Shown here one piece after another: positions 13,201 through 23,025 of a stretch of 64,000 nt of DNA (its first letter is position 1; each line of letters opens with the position of its first letter). The notes beneath the pieces are model-generated. The model was not told where the DNA came from, made no database searches, and saw only the letters and a program-made list of their open reading frames with translations. The DNA is taken from NCBI GenBank assembly GCA_965644495.1, contig CBFFSA010000014.1:1-64000 (forward strand), in the 5' to 3' direction. The translations under genes were made by a program, and so were the position numbers. This DNA is from Perkinsela sp. CCAP 1560/9 (lineage: Eukaryota; Protista; Euglenozoa: Kinetoplastea).

Positions 13201-13593
13201 GTCGGGATGGGTGGTGTCGATTAAACTTTGTCCACAACTTTTGCATATGGTTTTTAAGAGTAAAGTAACGACACGGAAGTAGCACAGGTTGAACATGGGC
13301 TCCGCAAGTTCAATGTGACCGAAATGGCCGGGGCACATGGGGTATTTCTGCGTGCACGTCTCACAAATGACAAAAGGGCTAAAACTCCCAAGCCGAGGGT
13401 CACTGGTGCCATTTAACAGCGGAATACCGTTTTTTACGGGAATCGTCTCACACACACCTCTGCGAATCGCGTCTTTGTTTTGCGTAACACTGAAAGTTTG
13501 CATCGTGGCCTTGTCCATGGCACATAACTCGATCGAGCGTACCTTTTTGAGCTCACGGTCCAGCGGAGGAAGATAATAATTCGCGCCCGCCAT
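7294..13593 (-). CDS. RPB1: RNA polymerase II largest subunit with non-heptad Ser-rich C-terminal extension
   Basis: CPGHFGHIEL zinc motif, catalytic YNADFDGDEMNLH, GEPATQMTLNTFH...KNVTLGVPRLKE; 2099 aa with a long C-terminal tail. Confidence 0.95.
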   Translation of the reverse strand: MAGANYYLPPLDRELKKVRSIELCAMDKATMQTFSVTQNKDAIRRGVCETIPVKNGIPLLNGTSDPRLGSFSPFVICETCTQKYPMCPGHFGHIELAEPMFNLCYFRVVTLLLKTICKSCGQSLIDTTHPDYPSANAISITRFRLRALSQICRTTCQTTKSTRPYTTDPHHENENDDNEDNDHPLGCNMKQPRLRRTEGTLLFDLLTEHGTSTEITQWTAHDVLRLFEKVNPAHWAFLGFSPSRFRNLREEQSHTKTQNTKPQKPNPQHAPTSTSHPCDLLLEIFPVPPLHLRPSVAFNSATAALPSEDDLTHILLAIIRLNKDLSHKLESGLQHEIAATRAALQLNLSCYVNNTTTLFRKQKVTSRQGRALKSVAERLKGKYGRVRQHLMGKRVEFCARTVITGDPNVEVDEVGVPRSVAMTVSFPERVTGYNREGLTELVRRGPHRYPGANFVLQANGERLGLKEMNPERLNKVVLTVGSIVERHMRDGDVVLFNRQPTLHRMSMMGHRARVLPFNTFRLNLSTTTPYNADFDGDEMNLHLPQSLLTKGELMEFMMVPRNFISPGKAYPVMGIVQDSLAGVYLLTRRNTFLDKFTFQSMCMWVEGWSSLVCPAIVKPKPLWTGKQAFTMALPKVSLETHEKDGNDVPDTTAHGALMAPRDLSVLIRHGELLHGVVVKKIVGNLLNSLIHVIVNLEGTDACKDFMNAVQRITAYFLIHHSFSVGIKDSVPTEASVRDVDHLLRETEGKVRKICQNALDNTFSDKRGKTLLEAFETEVNTVLSQCRTEAGKKIVDGYRDNNGFKCMYKAGSKGNEMNISQIGAIVGQQNCEGKRIQFGFRRRTLPHFVRDDYGPQSKGYIKNSYIRGLTAPDFFFHAMAGREGLIDTACKTADTGYIQRRIIKMCEDLTVGYDGTVRNAANRVLQFTYGEDGLDGPKVEVKQDLPFLTWGNARFAEVYRYEIADDGTVLPRFGGEYLSPGVRKYFRDNPAEYRTLMTEYDSVKQQRESFRALFRNTRKENFGLAVHFPRLIQLAQERFDVGKRPSQRSALNPLHVIQAIGEVLNTVERFLPTRNRGRHNKWTRLRLDTALCTFRMALYGYLNSRRVIKEYRLDQKAFDWLCGEICSRYQQALVHPGEMVGAIAAQSCGEPATQMTLNTFHFAGVASKNVTLGVPRLKELINCTRNPKVSNMSIFLTPEFAGTKEGALHALSQIEHKTLYDLVQTVEIHYDPDPAETVVEADHDFVARWWDLEFHPPERQAEMVRIREHASRFVMRLLLDPTTMHLMRLSPEEMGEALRAVEDKWHYEASDPNAAVPVLRIRLEDESDLHKQAEQAYEAGEPFHVQDTVELYRKTFPELLRRVRLSGVPGVTKSFITEREKYFVLDPHSGEYVEKKEFFVETEGSNLLQVLGLPIVDATRTLTNHITEVFQVLGIEAVMQVLCKEMLAVYEKYGVDVNHRHFLMLAEIMTGRGHLTPLTRQGMAKTDSGPLMRATYEQQLEVLMEGAAHGEVDEIAGVSSNIMLGQPIKGGTGAFDVLLHEGVIQSGTTQEQAVRARGVEGVYHSPGAYSGFTSTAREGSSASGGVSHPTPFLDQPIARGMPPGSASEWGMGDAAGNTRQASQSLRSGSSQSAMGHGHSSVLSLPVPGLVSPALSAGGFGLVSPALSSGLVSSTGSSATPMAQTSAYGLNLGYGAAGSRAGSVGLMSETGVENFPPPPSGVSSGEGDTRSVSSVPSSSYVPPMLSSTGANSSVASSPMPTATARGVMPIPGVFQRAEKGDKRTAPVPSVWATPTGPVPSPSSSKISSEREESLEGSTGFTTLSTHSSAFRDASGLRSSVSNLRSSSHATDSSSSSAPRAAAGMELRTYQPSSGISDSSRNSPSTDRFSETAPFFGAPDSPRSHGDSKNPEPSFLSFSRTEEGDETGDNKKGTSLSNLQSITDGVEGVLSMLYTPTTTEGETTGLPSSSHGLSPLYDPFQSLQQKATRETGTQPSTSFSHLPSDTELTPSVVERVEEGETERSPSLGLSSTRATSSYAPYEPYEANRVVEAYEGRGAEEKETKNSNHAGGKGKKKYTRVKVVESSISREGSKSARSREWGE

Positions 13594-13863
13594 TGGGAAA
13601 GGTGAAACGTTTTAAAAGAAAGATATTTAAAAAAAAGAGACGTGTATTTTGGTTTTTGGGAAAAAAATTACCGTCTTTCACAACGCGGCTCATTCTTCTG
13701 TAGTTTTGGTTCTAAATTCTACACTGTATTTCACTGACGTATGTTTTAGGTTCTAAATTCTACACTGTATTTCACAGATATTAGTTCTAAGTACAATGGA
13801 CATGAGAAACGAGCTCTACTGTAAGTCTACTCTCCCATACCGATACTTCGAATTTTACTCAGC

Positions 13864-14316
13864 TTAATATCCTAGTATTTGCTCGCGCATACGCTTTCCC
13901 TTTTCTTCATATACCTTCTTTCTATGTAGAGGAAGCTCACGCCACATCAATCCCGCCTTCTTACCCATCTGTTTAGTACTCATGCTTCGTTTCTGAAGCT
14001 CTGGTCGTACCTCCTTAAAAAACATCAAATAGGGGTTACACTTGGCAAATTGAGAAAGACGTTTCTTTTGTACCTTTGGATCGACGTGTACCTTTAGTTT
14101 ATCCACTTTAGGAAGATGAGCTGCGTTGTACTCAGCGGCTTTTTTCACATACTCCTCACGACATGCCTTTGGCAAGCCTCTGTACATGACTCCCAGTGCT
14201 TTGGCTATTTCGGCTACAGTATAATTTGGGTTTTCCTTCCGTACAATGGCCCGATTATCCTTCAGAAACGCGAAGAAAGCAGAAAGTCTTTGAAGGGTTA
14301 CGCTGCGACACAACAT
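13864..14316 (-). CDS. Basic double HMG-box protein with short mitochondrial presequence (kinetoplast-associated protein KAP-like)
   Basis: First ATG gives MLCRSVTLQRLSAFFAFLKDNR; two HMG boxes (SAFFAF...EIAKALGVMYRGL; NPYLMFFKE...GKKAGLMWREL); the N-terminus resembles kinetoplastid ~9-aa presequences. Confidence 0.75.
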   Translation of the reverse strand: MLCRSVTLQRLSAFFAFLKDNRAIVRKENPNYTVAEIAKALGVMYRGLPKACREEYVKKAAEYNAAHLPKVDKLKVHVDPKVQKKRLSQFAKCNPYLMFFKEVRPELQKRSMSTKQMGKKAGLMWRELPLHRKKVYEEKGKRMREQILGY

Positions 14317-14634
14317 AAACAGGACGAAAAGAGAAAAAAGGTTTCGAATTACTAAACCCAACTTGAAGAAAAAAGACCCAGAATAAGATCCATGATATCA
14401 TCCTAAGAAGCTTTATGATATCACCATAAGAAAGATCTCAGATCAAGAGGTAGACTCTTATCTCGCATTTCACATTTTTGTTTAAAATCGAAATGGTTAT
14501 TGCTTCTTTCGAAGCCTACCCATACCCTCCTTCGTCCTATGGCGCAAACCATTCACAAAAAAATTACGTTTCTTCCCTCGAGAAGGCGATACTCTAAAAA
14601 AAGGGAACCTCTCAGATAACACCCCCCCCCTCAA

Positions 14635-17631
14635 TCATTTTTGATCCAAGACTTGCACCGTCCCCAGCGGAGGGGCCACCTGGAGTACGGGGATGTACTG
14701 CAACACGGTCTGTCCCTCCTCTACGAACGGGAGGAGTCGAAGACAGCCCGCGACCAGAACCGTGCTCCCCTCTGTGAGCCCGGAGTGACTCAGGTACTCG
14801 GAGGCAAACCCCAGGGAGCCGTCCAGGCACAACACGTATAACACCTCATCGGCCTCCTCAAGTGCATCCGAAGAGGGAGAGAGGCAGGGAGAGGAAGGAG
14901 AAGTAAAAGTAGGCAAAGAAGAAGAAAAAGAAGAAGAAGCGTTCCGCAGGCGAATCGAGAAAAACCCTACACGGCTCTCGAAATAGTATCCCATGCCCAG
15001 TGGGGCGACACAGGACGCAATAAACACCGAAAAACTTCCACTCGCGGCGGTAAGATGAATGATGGCACTTTCCGGCACCGAGGGGTGTCGGGGTATCGGG
15101 TAGGGTAACAAGGGACGACAAAACGGGTGGGGTAACACCTCCACCTCAGGCTTGCTCTGTTTTGGTGTCTCCCCGGAGGCGACCTGGCTACGTATCGTAT
15201 CTTCCCCTCCCGTACTTGAGGAAGGGGATGCCCGTAACAGCTCCTCAAAGCTTTTCGGGGCTACGACTACATCTTTGCGTCGTTGCGTCGTGCGGGAGGG
15301 GGAACCCGAAACCTCCCCCTCCATGGGTACATCTCGTTTTTCTGACCCATGTGCCACCCCCCTATGCACGTTCAGCGCATCCTGAAACCGAAAGGATTTC
15401 CCACACACCTCACACGTGTACCGCAGCTCCGAGGCCGGAACCGTCTCTTTTACCCCCTGTCCCTGAGAGGTAAAGATATTAAACGGAACCCCTTGAACGG
15501 TTTTCTCAGAGCTAACCTCGGATAAAAAACCTTCTCCCGGTTTTATCCCCTCCTCAAGAGAAGAAGAAGAAGAAGAAGAAGACGAAGAAAAAGGAGAAGA
15601 ACTCGTAAACAAGTTTGAACTCGAATACGAGGGTGTACTTCCCCCTATCCCACCCCCTTGTGGTACGGTCGTGGACATGGTGGTATGACCACTACTCGGA
15701 CCACCCCCGGGCTGTCCGCTGCCCCCTCCCGCCCCCACGGCCCCCATCTTCGCGAGCTCCCCGGTCGCGGTGACCACGAGCCCGTGCTTCGTGTTCGCGT
15801 GGTGCTGGAGCTGCACGATGGAGCGGAAGGAGCGGCGGCAGAGCGCGCAGACGTGGGCGCGCTCCCCGGTGGTGGGGACGACCGCGAGGGGGTCGGACCC
15901 GAGGGGGTACTCCCGGCTGCCGAGCATCCCGGGCAGCGCGGGGGAGGGGGGAGGGGGGAGGGTGTCGGAGGAGAGGGCGCGCAGGGCGTGGGAGAGGAGG
16001 GAGGGGGAGGGCGGAGAATACGAAGAAGAAGAAAAAGAACCCCCTGCTCCCCTTATTCCTCCATGGTGTTTCGCGGTGTTGGGGGAAGAGGGAGAAAGGA
16101 TAGAGGGAGAAGAAAAAAAAGAAAAGGATCCTCTTGTTCTCCTTGTTCCTCTACCTCTATGTTGTTTCGCGGTGTTGGAGGAAGAGGGAGAAAGGGTAGA
16201 GGGAGAAGAAAAAAAAGAAAAAGATCCTCTTGTTCTCCTTGTTCCTCTACCTCTATGTTGTTTTGTGGTGTTGGGGGAAGAGGGAGAAAGGGTAGAGGGA
16301 GAAGAAAAAAAGGAAAAAGATCCTCTTGTTCTCCTTATTCCTCTACCTCTATGTTGTTTCGCGGTGTTGGAGGAAGAGGGAGAAAGGGTAGAGGGAGAAG
16401 AAAAAAAAGAAAAGGATCCTCTTGTTCTCCTTGTTCCTCTACTTCTATGTTGTTTCGTGGTGTTGGGGGAAGAGGGAGAAAGGGTAGAGGGAGAAGAAAG
16501 AAAAGAAAAAGATCCTCTTGTTCTCCTTATTCCTCTACCTCTATGTTGTTTCGTGGTGTTGGGGGAAGAGGGAGAAAGGGTAGAGGGAGAAGAAAAAAAA
16601 GAAAAGGATCCTCTTGTTCTCCTTGTTCCTCTACCTCTATGTTGTTTTGTGGTGTTGGAGGAAGAGGAAGAAAGGGTAGAGGGAGAAGAAAGAAAAGAAA
16701 AAGATCCTCTTGTTCTCCTTATTCCTCTACCTCTATGTTGTTTCGTGGTGCTGGAGGAATAGGGAGAAAGGGTAGAGGAAGGAGAAAAAGGAGAGGAAAA
16801 GGGAGAAGAAGAGGAGTAGTCGGTTGTTTTCCCTTTTCCTCTACCTCTATGTTGTTTCGTGGTGTTGAGGGAAGGGGTAGAAACGGTAGAGGAAGGAGAA
16901 AAAGGAGAGGAAAAAGGGGAAGAAGGAGAAGAAGGGGAGTAGTGTGTCGTTGTGCTTTTTTCTCTATGTTGTTGTTTCGTCGTGTTGGAGGAAGAGGAAG
17001 AAAATGTACTGTAAAAAACAGTAGAGTATGAAAAAATAGAGGAAGAAGAAAAAATAGAGTACGAAGAAGAAAAAGGAGAGTAGGAAAAGGTGAAAGGAAG
17101 GAGAGCGTGTGGGGGACGTACACGTTGCTGTTGTTGCTGTCGTCCATAGGGACGAGTGTAAGAGGCTTTCGTACAGCCCGTAGGGAGATACCCAAGCCCG
17201 ATCCTCACAAGTTCAAGCCTGGGCGAGGTGGAGGGCAGCAGAGCGTGTAGGGGACGTACACGTTGCTGTTGTTCATAAGGACGAGTGAGAGTTCCTCTGT
17301 ACAGACGACTAGGAGTCTTAATATGGGAGTCGTCCAAAAGGGGAATTCCCCTATGAGGAGAGTCCATACTTTGGCGCGCCCCGTTAAGATCGGGGAGTAC
17401 GCGTTGTTGTCTTTCATAGGGACGAGTGTACGAGGTAGGGGGAAGGAGAGTGTGTAGGGGGAGCACCTGTTGTCGTTGTTGTCCATAATAACGAAGGGGA
17501 TCGTGTGAGAGTCGTCCACAGGTGTGGGGAGAGAGGAGGACAGAGGGGGTGGAAAGAGGGGGGAGAGCAGAGGGGAGAGGGAAGGAGAGGTGGGGGAAGG
17601 GGGGAGGCATCGGCTGGGGGTGGGTGGGCAA
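14635..17631 (-). CDS. KREPA-like RNA-editing complex protein (two C2H2 zinc fingers plus C-terminal OB fold) with repeat-expanded N-terminus
   Basis: CALCRRSF...HHANTKH and CEVCGKSF...HRGVAH fingers; the C-terminus GSTVLVAGCLRLLP...IPVLQVAPPLGTVQVL resembles KREPA OB folds. True start uncertain. Confidence 0.7.
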   Translation of the reverse strand: MPTHPQPMPPPFPHLSFPLPSALPPLSTPSVLLSPHTCGRLSHDPLRYYGQQRQQVLPLHTLLPPTSYTRPYERQQRVLPDLNGARQSMDSPHRGIPLLDDSHIKTPSRLYRGTLTRPYEQQQRVRPLHALLPSTSPRLELVRIGLGYLPTGCTKASYTRPYGRQQQQQRVRPPHALLPFTFSYSPFSSSYSIFSSSSIFSYSTVFYSTFSSSSSNTTKQQHREKSTTTHYSPSSPSSPFSSPFSPSSTVSTPSLNTTKQHRGRGKGKTTDYSSSSPFSSPFSPSSTLSPYSSSTTKQHRGRGIRRTRGSFSFLSSPSTLSSSSSNTTKQHRGRGTRRTRGSFSFFSSPSTLSPSSPNTTKQHRGRGIRRTRGSFSFLSSPSTLSPSSPNTTKQHRSRGTRRTRGSFSFFSSPSTLSPSSSNTAKQHRGRGIRRTRGSFSFFSSPSTLSPSSPNTTKQHRGRGTRRTRGSFSFFSSPSTLSPSSSNTAKQHRGRGTRRTRGSFSFFSSPSILSPSSPNTAKHHGGIRGAGGSFSSSSYSPPSPSLLSHALRALSSDTLPPPPSPALPGMLGSREYPLGSDPLAVVPTTGERAHVCALCRRSFRSIVQLQHHANTKHGLVVTATGELAKMGAVGAGGGSGQPGGGPSSGHTTMSTTVPQGGGIGGSTPSYSSSNLFTSSSPFSSSSSSSSSSLEEGIKPGEGFLSEVSSEKTVQGVPFNIFTSQGQGVKETVPASELRYTCEVCGKSFRFQDALNVHRGVAHGSEKRDVPMEGEVSGSPSRTTQRRKDVVVAPKSFEELLRASPSSSTGGEDTIRSQVASGETPKQSKPEVEVLPHPFCRPLLPYPIPRHPSVPESAIIHLTAASGSFSVFIASCVAPLGMGYYFESRVGFFSIRLRNASSSFSSSLPTFTSPSSPCLSPSSDALEEADEVLYVLCLDGSLGFASEYLSHSGLTEGSTVLVAGCLRLLPFVEEGQTVLQYIPVLQVAPPLGTVQVLDQK
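16065..16790 (-). repeat. Coding 96-bp tandem repeat (~7 copies, 32 aa)
   Basis: Unit TTKQHRGRGIRRTRGSFSFLSSPSTLSPSSPN; DNA period 96 (16201 to 16297). Confidence 0.9.
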
Positions 17632-17878
17632 AAAAGGGGGGGGGATGAAGTGGGTGAAGAGGAGAGGAGGAAAGGAGGGTGCTGCGAAGTTCTTAGTTTG
17701 GAGAGGAAAGGGAGGGACAGATGGGTGGGAAGGTTAAAAAGAGGGGCATGTGGGCCTTTTGGGGCATGAGTGTAGAGGTTGAAAATAAAGAATAAGTGAG
17801 GTAATGTGCAATGGGAATTGAAAAGGAACGTAATGAAATGTGATGTGGCATGAGAATCAATCACGCAAAGAATGTAAA

Positions 17879-18491
17879 CCGGGGGACGGAATAATATTAA
17901 GTTGTTGAAACTTAATAATAACTTGACAACTTAATAGTAACCTGTCAAACTTAATAATAACTTGTCAACGTTTTGAAACTTAATATTAACTTGTCGGAGG
18001 GTTATTATTAAGTTTTTGATGACTTTTAAGGTGACGCGTATCACTTGATAGTGTGTAGGCAGTCGCTGGAGTTTGCTAGCTGTAGCTTGCAGTAAGTGGC
18101 AATCGATGAGAGCCTCTGGCTGTCACTGGGGGTCAGAACTATTAGAAACCGATGTCGCTTCTTTCGCTCTACCGTATCTAGCATAGCATTAGCAAAATTG
18201 CTTACGCATGAACGGTTAACCGTTTTGCTTCATAGCACTACATGCGCACCGTTTTTCCTTTTGGCCAAAATCTGCCCTATACATTCAATAAAACTACAAA
18301 TTCTGGGCCAGAACATCTCATTGCTCCGTGGAAAAACACAAACTTAATAATAACTTGACAACTTAATAATAACTTGTCCAGCTTAATGATAAGCTGTCTA
18401 GCTTAATAATAACTTGTCTAACTTAATAATAAACCGCAACTTAAAAATAAACCGCAACTTAATAATAAACCGCATCTTAATAATCCCCCGG
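17879..18491. mobile_element. MITE-like element with CCGGGGG termini and iterated AACTTAATAATAAC motifs
   Basis: CCGGGGG...CCCCCGG ends; more than 10 copies of the motif clustered near both ends. Confidence 0.6.
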
Positions 18492-19054
18492 TATACTGAA
18501 ACCCCTCGGGCACAAAAAACGTCCGATGCAGTAGACAAAAAACTTGTTCACACAGGCTGTGTGAACACAGAAGTGCAAAGTCGGATATTAGGGATTACAA
18601 AAATTCAGGGGCTGCGGATAAAGCCTCGATGAATTGAACCTCTCGAAACCTCGAAACCACGATATACCCCTTGGTGAAACCTCGAGAAACCTCGTCACCC
18701 GCAGCCCTTCATTTGTATTTTCTCTATACAAAAATTAGTTTCGTCCAAAATTTTGAAATACACCCTTTGTTGAAATACAGTGCGCCCAGATAGCAAAGGT
18801 TTTTTTAGTAGTTACCACCGATTTTGGGTACCTACAAAAAAAAAATTTCCCATTTGGGAAAACCGTTTTTTGGGACTTTACCAACTGGGCGCATTACATA
18901 CTCCCCTCATATCCTAGCGTTGCTCGGTTTTGGCAAAAACCGAAAAAGTAAGAAAAAGGAAGAAAATAAGCGTGCAGTGCTTTTTCCTATTCTTTGAAAA
19001 TCTATTTACACTCGCATTGCTGAACACAAAATCAATGCACTCATGAGTGAAAGA

Positions 19055-19637
19055 GGTTAAACTGAATCAAATTTAGCATTTTTCATATTTTTTGATATTT
19101 CCGATGAATCCTGGCTCTACTTCGAAGTTACTCTCTTCCAATACAATGAATTTGCATTTTCAGCATGACATCCCCGCCGTTCCTCTTCAAACTTCCGTTA
19201 CACTTTTCATCAATTGCTCGAACTAGGTCTGATCTTTTCCCTGGATTGCTCCCCAAAATATTTCCTTCACGCTTCAAACGCTTCTTAGCCGTAGAGTTAG
19301 CACATTCAACAGTGTTAGTATGTTCTATGAGCTCTGCCGGGAACAAGCGGCCCCAAAGCACCATACTTATATTTCTCTGCACCATACTTATATATTTCTG
19401 GGCTACCAGCTTGTGGCTTTTCATCCATTAGGCACATTCCTGCTCGGTCCAAAAGTGCAACTTTGCTTAATGTAAGGTCACCCCGACAAGAAAACCCAGC
19501 ACACCTTTGACAAGGCATAACAAAATCACGAAAAATCCAAAAATCAACCTAGTAGAATAAAAAGAAGATTTTTTGGGGGGTAAAAAATAGGAAAAGAAAT
19601 TAATCAAGAAAAAAGCTAAATTTGCTTCAGTTTCACC
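19055..19637 (-). mobile_element. Internally deleted Merlin (IS1595-like) element
   Basis: TIRs GGTTAAACTGAATCAAATTTAGC / GCTAAATTTGCTTCAGTTTCACC, 8-bp TSD GTGAAAGA; retains HTNTVECANSTAKKRL...EKCNGSL homologous to the 25469 transposase. Confidence 0.9.
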
Positions 19638-19741
19638 GTGAAAGACGTCTTTTCCTGCCAAAAAAAGCATTACCCCAAGTAGGAGAGATTCGGCTACTTT
19701 GGCCCGAGACCGATTCTATTACTGGGGGGTATAAAGTAATA

Positions 19742-20560
19742 TTACGTAGAATCAGTAATCATTGTTCCGTAGCGAACAAAGTGAAAAGGATTTAGCTGCT
19801 TCGGTATAAGTTCACGATTGACTGTACCAGTTAGTTTTTCGTTGTCATGCAACCAAAGTGTATGCATGTTGTGGGGGAGAAAATCAAGATTCACCCGTCC
19901 CGAAAACTTGTTATCATACAAAAACAATTTCCCTAAAGTGGAAGGCAAATTCCTCAGATCAGGGATCCCAGTAAAATTATTCTCGCCCATGGAAAGATAT
20001 GTCATGCAAGATGGTAAGTTGCGTAGCTGTACATGACCAGAAAGGTTATTATTAAAAATCGATAATTTCGTCAATGTTTTTGGGAGAACAGAAAGGTCAA
20101 TTGTTCCTTCAAACTTGTTATCACCCAGGAAAAGTTGTTCCATTTGTACAGGTAGGTGCTGAAAAAGTAGCTCACCAGTAAGCGCGTTAAGTGTAACTTC
20201 AAAATCGATTATGCTGTCAGGCAACTTATCAAAAGGAATGTTGCCCGAAATCTTGTTTTCATAACTAGCAAAATTAACTATCGTTTGAGGGATAAATTCC
20301 CACAGGAAAAAACCACTTAAATGATGTTCTCCCCAACCGATTTCAACAATTTCTTGTCGATCGTTGCATACAACACCAGGCCACGCACACGCAGGAGTAG
20401 AAGTATTCCACCCTTGAAATAAAGACCGTTCGGACTCATTTGTAGAGTCAAAGGCAATGTTTTGAGTAAATCTTGCAAGCTCATATTCCTGAGGGAGAGT
20501 CACCCATGTAACTTTAGAAGCACGTGCACGCTGCAATGGATACGACAAAGTCGTATTCAT
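19742..20560 (-). CDS. Short LRR family protein
   Basis: LPQEYELARF...WNTSTPACAWPGVVC cap, then ~23-aa LxxLxLxxNxFxGxxDLxxLP repeats. Confidence 0.9.
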   Translation of the reverse strand: MNTTLSYPLQRARASKVTWVTLPQEYELARFTQNIAFDSTNESERSLFQGWNTSTPACAWPGVVCNDRQEIVEIGWGEHHLSGFFLWEFIPQTIVNFASYENKISGNIPFDKLPDSIIDFEVTLNALTGELLFQHLPVQMEQLFLGDNKFEGTIDLSVLPKTLTKLSIFNNNLSGHVQLRNLPSCMTYLSMGENNFTGIPDLRNLPSTLGKLFLYDNKFSGRVNLDFLPHNMHTLWLHDNEKLTGTVNRELIPKQLNPFHFVRYGTMITDST

Positions 20561-21955
20561 AATTGTGTTAAAAAAATGGTGATATGCTAAATATAAGTAC
20601 GAAATCTAAAGTTTTTTGGGGAAAATAGCCATTTAGACTCAAAATCGACTCTCCTAGTAAGATGACTCTCTGTACACAGAAAACATTTTCATCTCCGGTG
20701 ACTCTGAAGCATACGATGGTATGTGTTCGTAGATCAGACGTTCTTAGAAGGAGACAATGCACAAGCCTTTGAGTCGTGTTAAAAAGGGGTACGACTTTGT
20801 GTCTTTGCCTGGAGCAGAGCGAAATGCGAGGAAATTCGTCCTTGATCGTTTACCGGACGCTGGTCTTCTCGAGCGCACGGAGGAAAACGTCATTAGTTTG
20901 TGTGTCAACTGGATAAACAATCCAAAAAAAATCCAAATCATTCCGGATTGCTCCGGATGGCCACTGACAAGCCAGACCCTTCACAGACAGATTTGGAAGT
21001 TCCGAGGCCGTCGTCCTCTACAAGTTTCCGCTTGTCCAAGGCGGCACCAACGTGCTGTTGCCAACACGCTGCGTCGACGAACTGTACGCCAACACGGCTT
21101 ACCCAAGAGGTGTAATCCGGGTAAGGGAGCTGGTTCCCTGAGGGGAGGGTCCGGGACGGTCCTCCGAGCACTGGGCCTAGTCGGTTATCAGCCCAGCCTC
21201 TTAGAGCGAGGCCGCCGAGAATATTGCGATGAGCGGGTTTGAACTCGCCGTCTGAGCACCATAAACAATCGAAGGGAGCAGTTAAAAGATTTTCCGTGCA
21301 GTAAAGTGGTAGAGCTTTAACGTTCCGATCGATGAGATGAGTGTCCTCCACCATTTGTAGTACCTTTCTGGGTCTGTTTGGAACTGAATAATTGAGTTTA
21401 CAACTTTAATTATGGCATGCGGGCTAGATCATCTCAGGGGCTGTTATAGAAGATAGCTAATGTTTCTACTTTAACTGTTATGCGTTATACACTTTTATGT
21501 TACGGCTCCTTCATTGTATAAATGCTGTATAGTACTTACAATAATCTGAATCTACAAAATATCTAATGTATATCGGTTATTTTCTTACTTACCTATGATA
21601 CTGATTATAGCAAGCAATAATCGCAATTTTCGCCAAGAAATCGAGCTTTCTTACCCGAAAAAATTGATTATTCATGATAATTTGGCAATCAACGCGAAGC
21701 GTGCAGCATGAGTGACTTCTAAGTTGAAAACAAGCACCGCATTTAACGAAGCCACTAAAAAATTATCAATATGGGGGTGGGGTCATCCCATTAGTATGGG
21801 GCAAAAGAAGTACAAGTGTGGCGCCCAAGAGGTGCGCGCAAGTTCTCAGAGACACATAAAAATGTATTCCTAAGATAAATGAATGAAAGGCATGTCTCTG
21901 CGTGGCACACTTGCCAAGCCGATGAAAAAATAACGATGTGTTTGCTATATATCAA

Positions 21956-22722
21956 TTGCGGTGGTTGTATAACTACCGCTCTACCCTCGATTATTGAAAA
22001 AAAAGTGAACAAAAACAGTGAAAATATAAAGAGAAACACAGTAATATAATAGAAGAAAAAAATATAAAAGGGGGCCCCGGTGGTCCAAAACTGAAAAAAA
22101 ACTTCAAAAAAATGGGGGGTCCTTTCGGGGGGGTCTAGGGGGGCGGTTCATGGGGGGGGGTCCATGGGGGGGGTCCGTGGGGGGGTTCCATGGGGGGGGC
22201 ATACGTCGCGATTTTTTTTTTCGATTTTTTTGCTTTTCAAAATCGAGCGCAGGGAAGTGGTAGAGTAGGCCGCGGCGATAATTCCTCCCCCCCCCCATGG
22301 CGGTACCCCACCTGGTACCCGCAGGAGGGGTCCGACAAGATCCAAATTTCCGAAATTTTTGGGGTGACAATTTTTTTTTTTGACCCAAAAAAAGGTAAAA
22401 ATATTATTTTTCCAAAATCGACTCCTAAATCGTATTTGGAGAGTTTGGAACCTCAGCTACCATTCTACGACGTTTTTTTCGCCAGATTCGACTCCTGCCC
22501 CTACTGGTAAGGCATCAAAAACGGCCCAAATTCCGGTTAAAATTTCGCAATTTTTGTCGAAAAATCGAGCAGTTTCCCCCAAAAAAGTAGATTATTCAAG
22601 ATCTTTTCGCGATTTTTCTTTATTAGGCTCTTCGTTAAACGCGGAGGTGGTTTTCAACGCGAAGTGCGGATCATGAGTGGCTTCTAAGTAGAAAACGACC
22701 ACCGCGTTTAACGAAGAGCCTA
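21956..22722 (-). repeat. Diverged solo copy of the 0.9-kb unit
   Basis: Both ends conserved (TTGCGGTGGTTGTA...CTACCGC hairpin; palindrome 22623-22722) with a diverged interior. Partial palindrome at 21690-21760 and another fragment at ~53600-53720. Confidence 0.8.
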
Positions 22723-23025
22723 AATATTTCTTGTGTTCGATACCAAAAACAGGAAAATTAAGGGACGGTTAATTACGGGACACTTTGACCTTGATGAGGG
22801 GCGTCTCTTAAATTAAGGGTTAATTAAGTTAATTAACCTGTCCCGTAATAAAGCCCCACACTGTAGGTCGAAAGCTCCTAAGGTAACTGTTTTACAGAAA
22901 AGAAGAAGAAAGCTCATAGAAACAGCGGATGTGGTTGCCCATTTTGACAACTTTTGAGTTTTTCAATCAGTTTAATGAAAATGTTACGATGCAATTCCGA
23001 CGGCATTGATCAGATTGTGAATTAC

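Noticed and set aside
13708-13775. 27-bp direct repeat upstream of RPB1
   Set aside because: Simple local duplication; no evidence of regulatory function.
15658-17031. Long plus-strand ORFs (457 and 330 aa)
   Set aside because: Antisense shadows of the stop-free 96-bp repeat; the minus frame carries the conserved domains.
20600-21360. Overlapping 138-161 aa ORFs
   Set aside because: No recognisable motif on either strand; possibly a decayed gene, cannot be supported.
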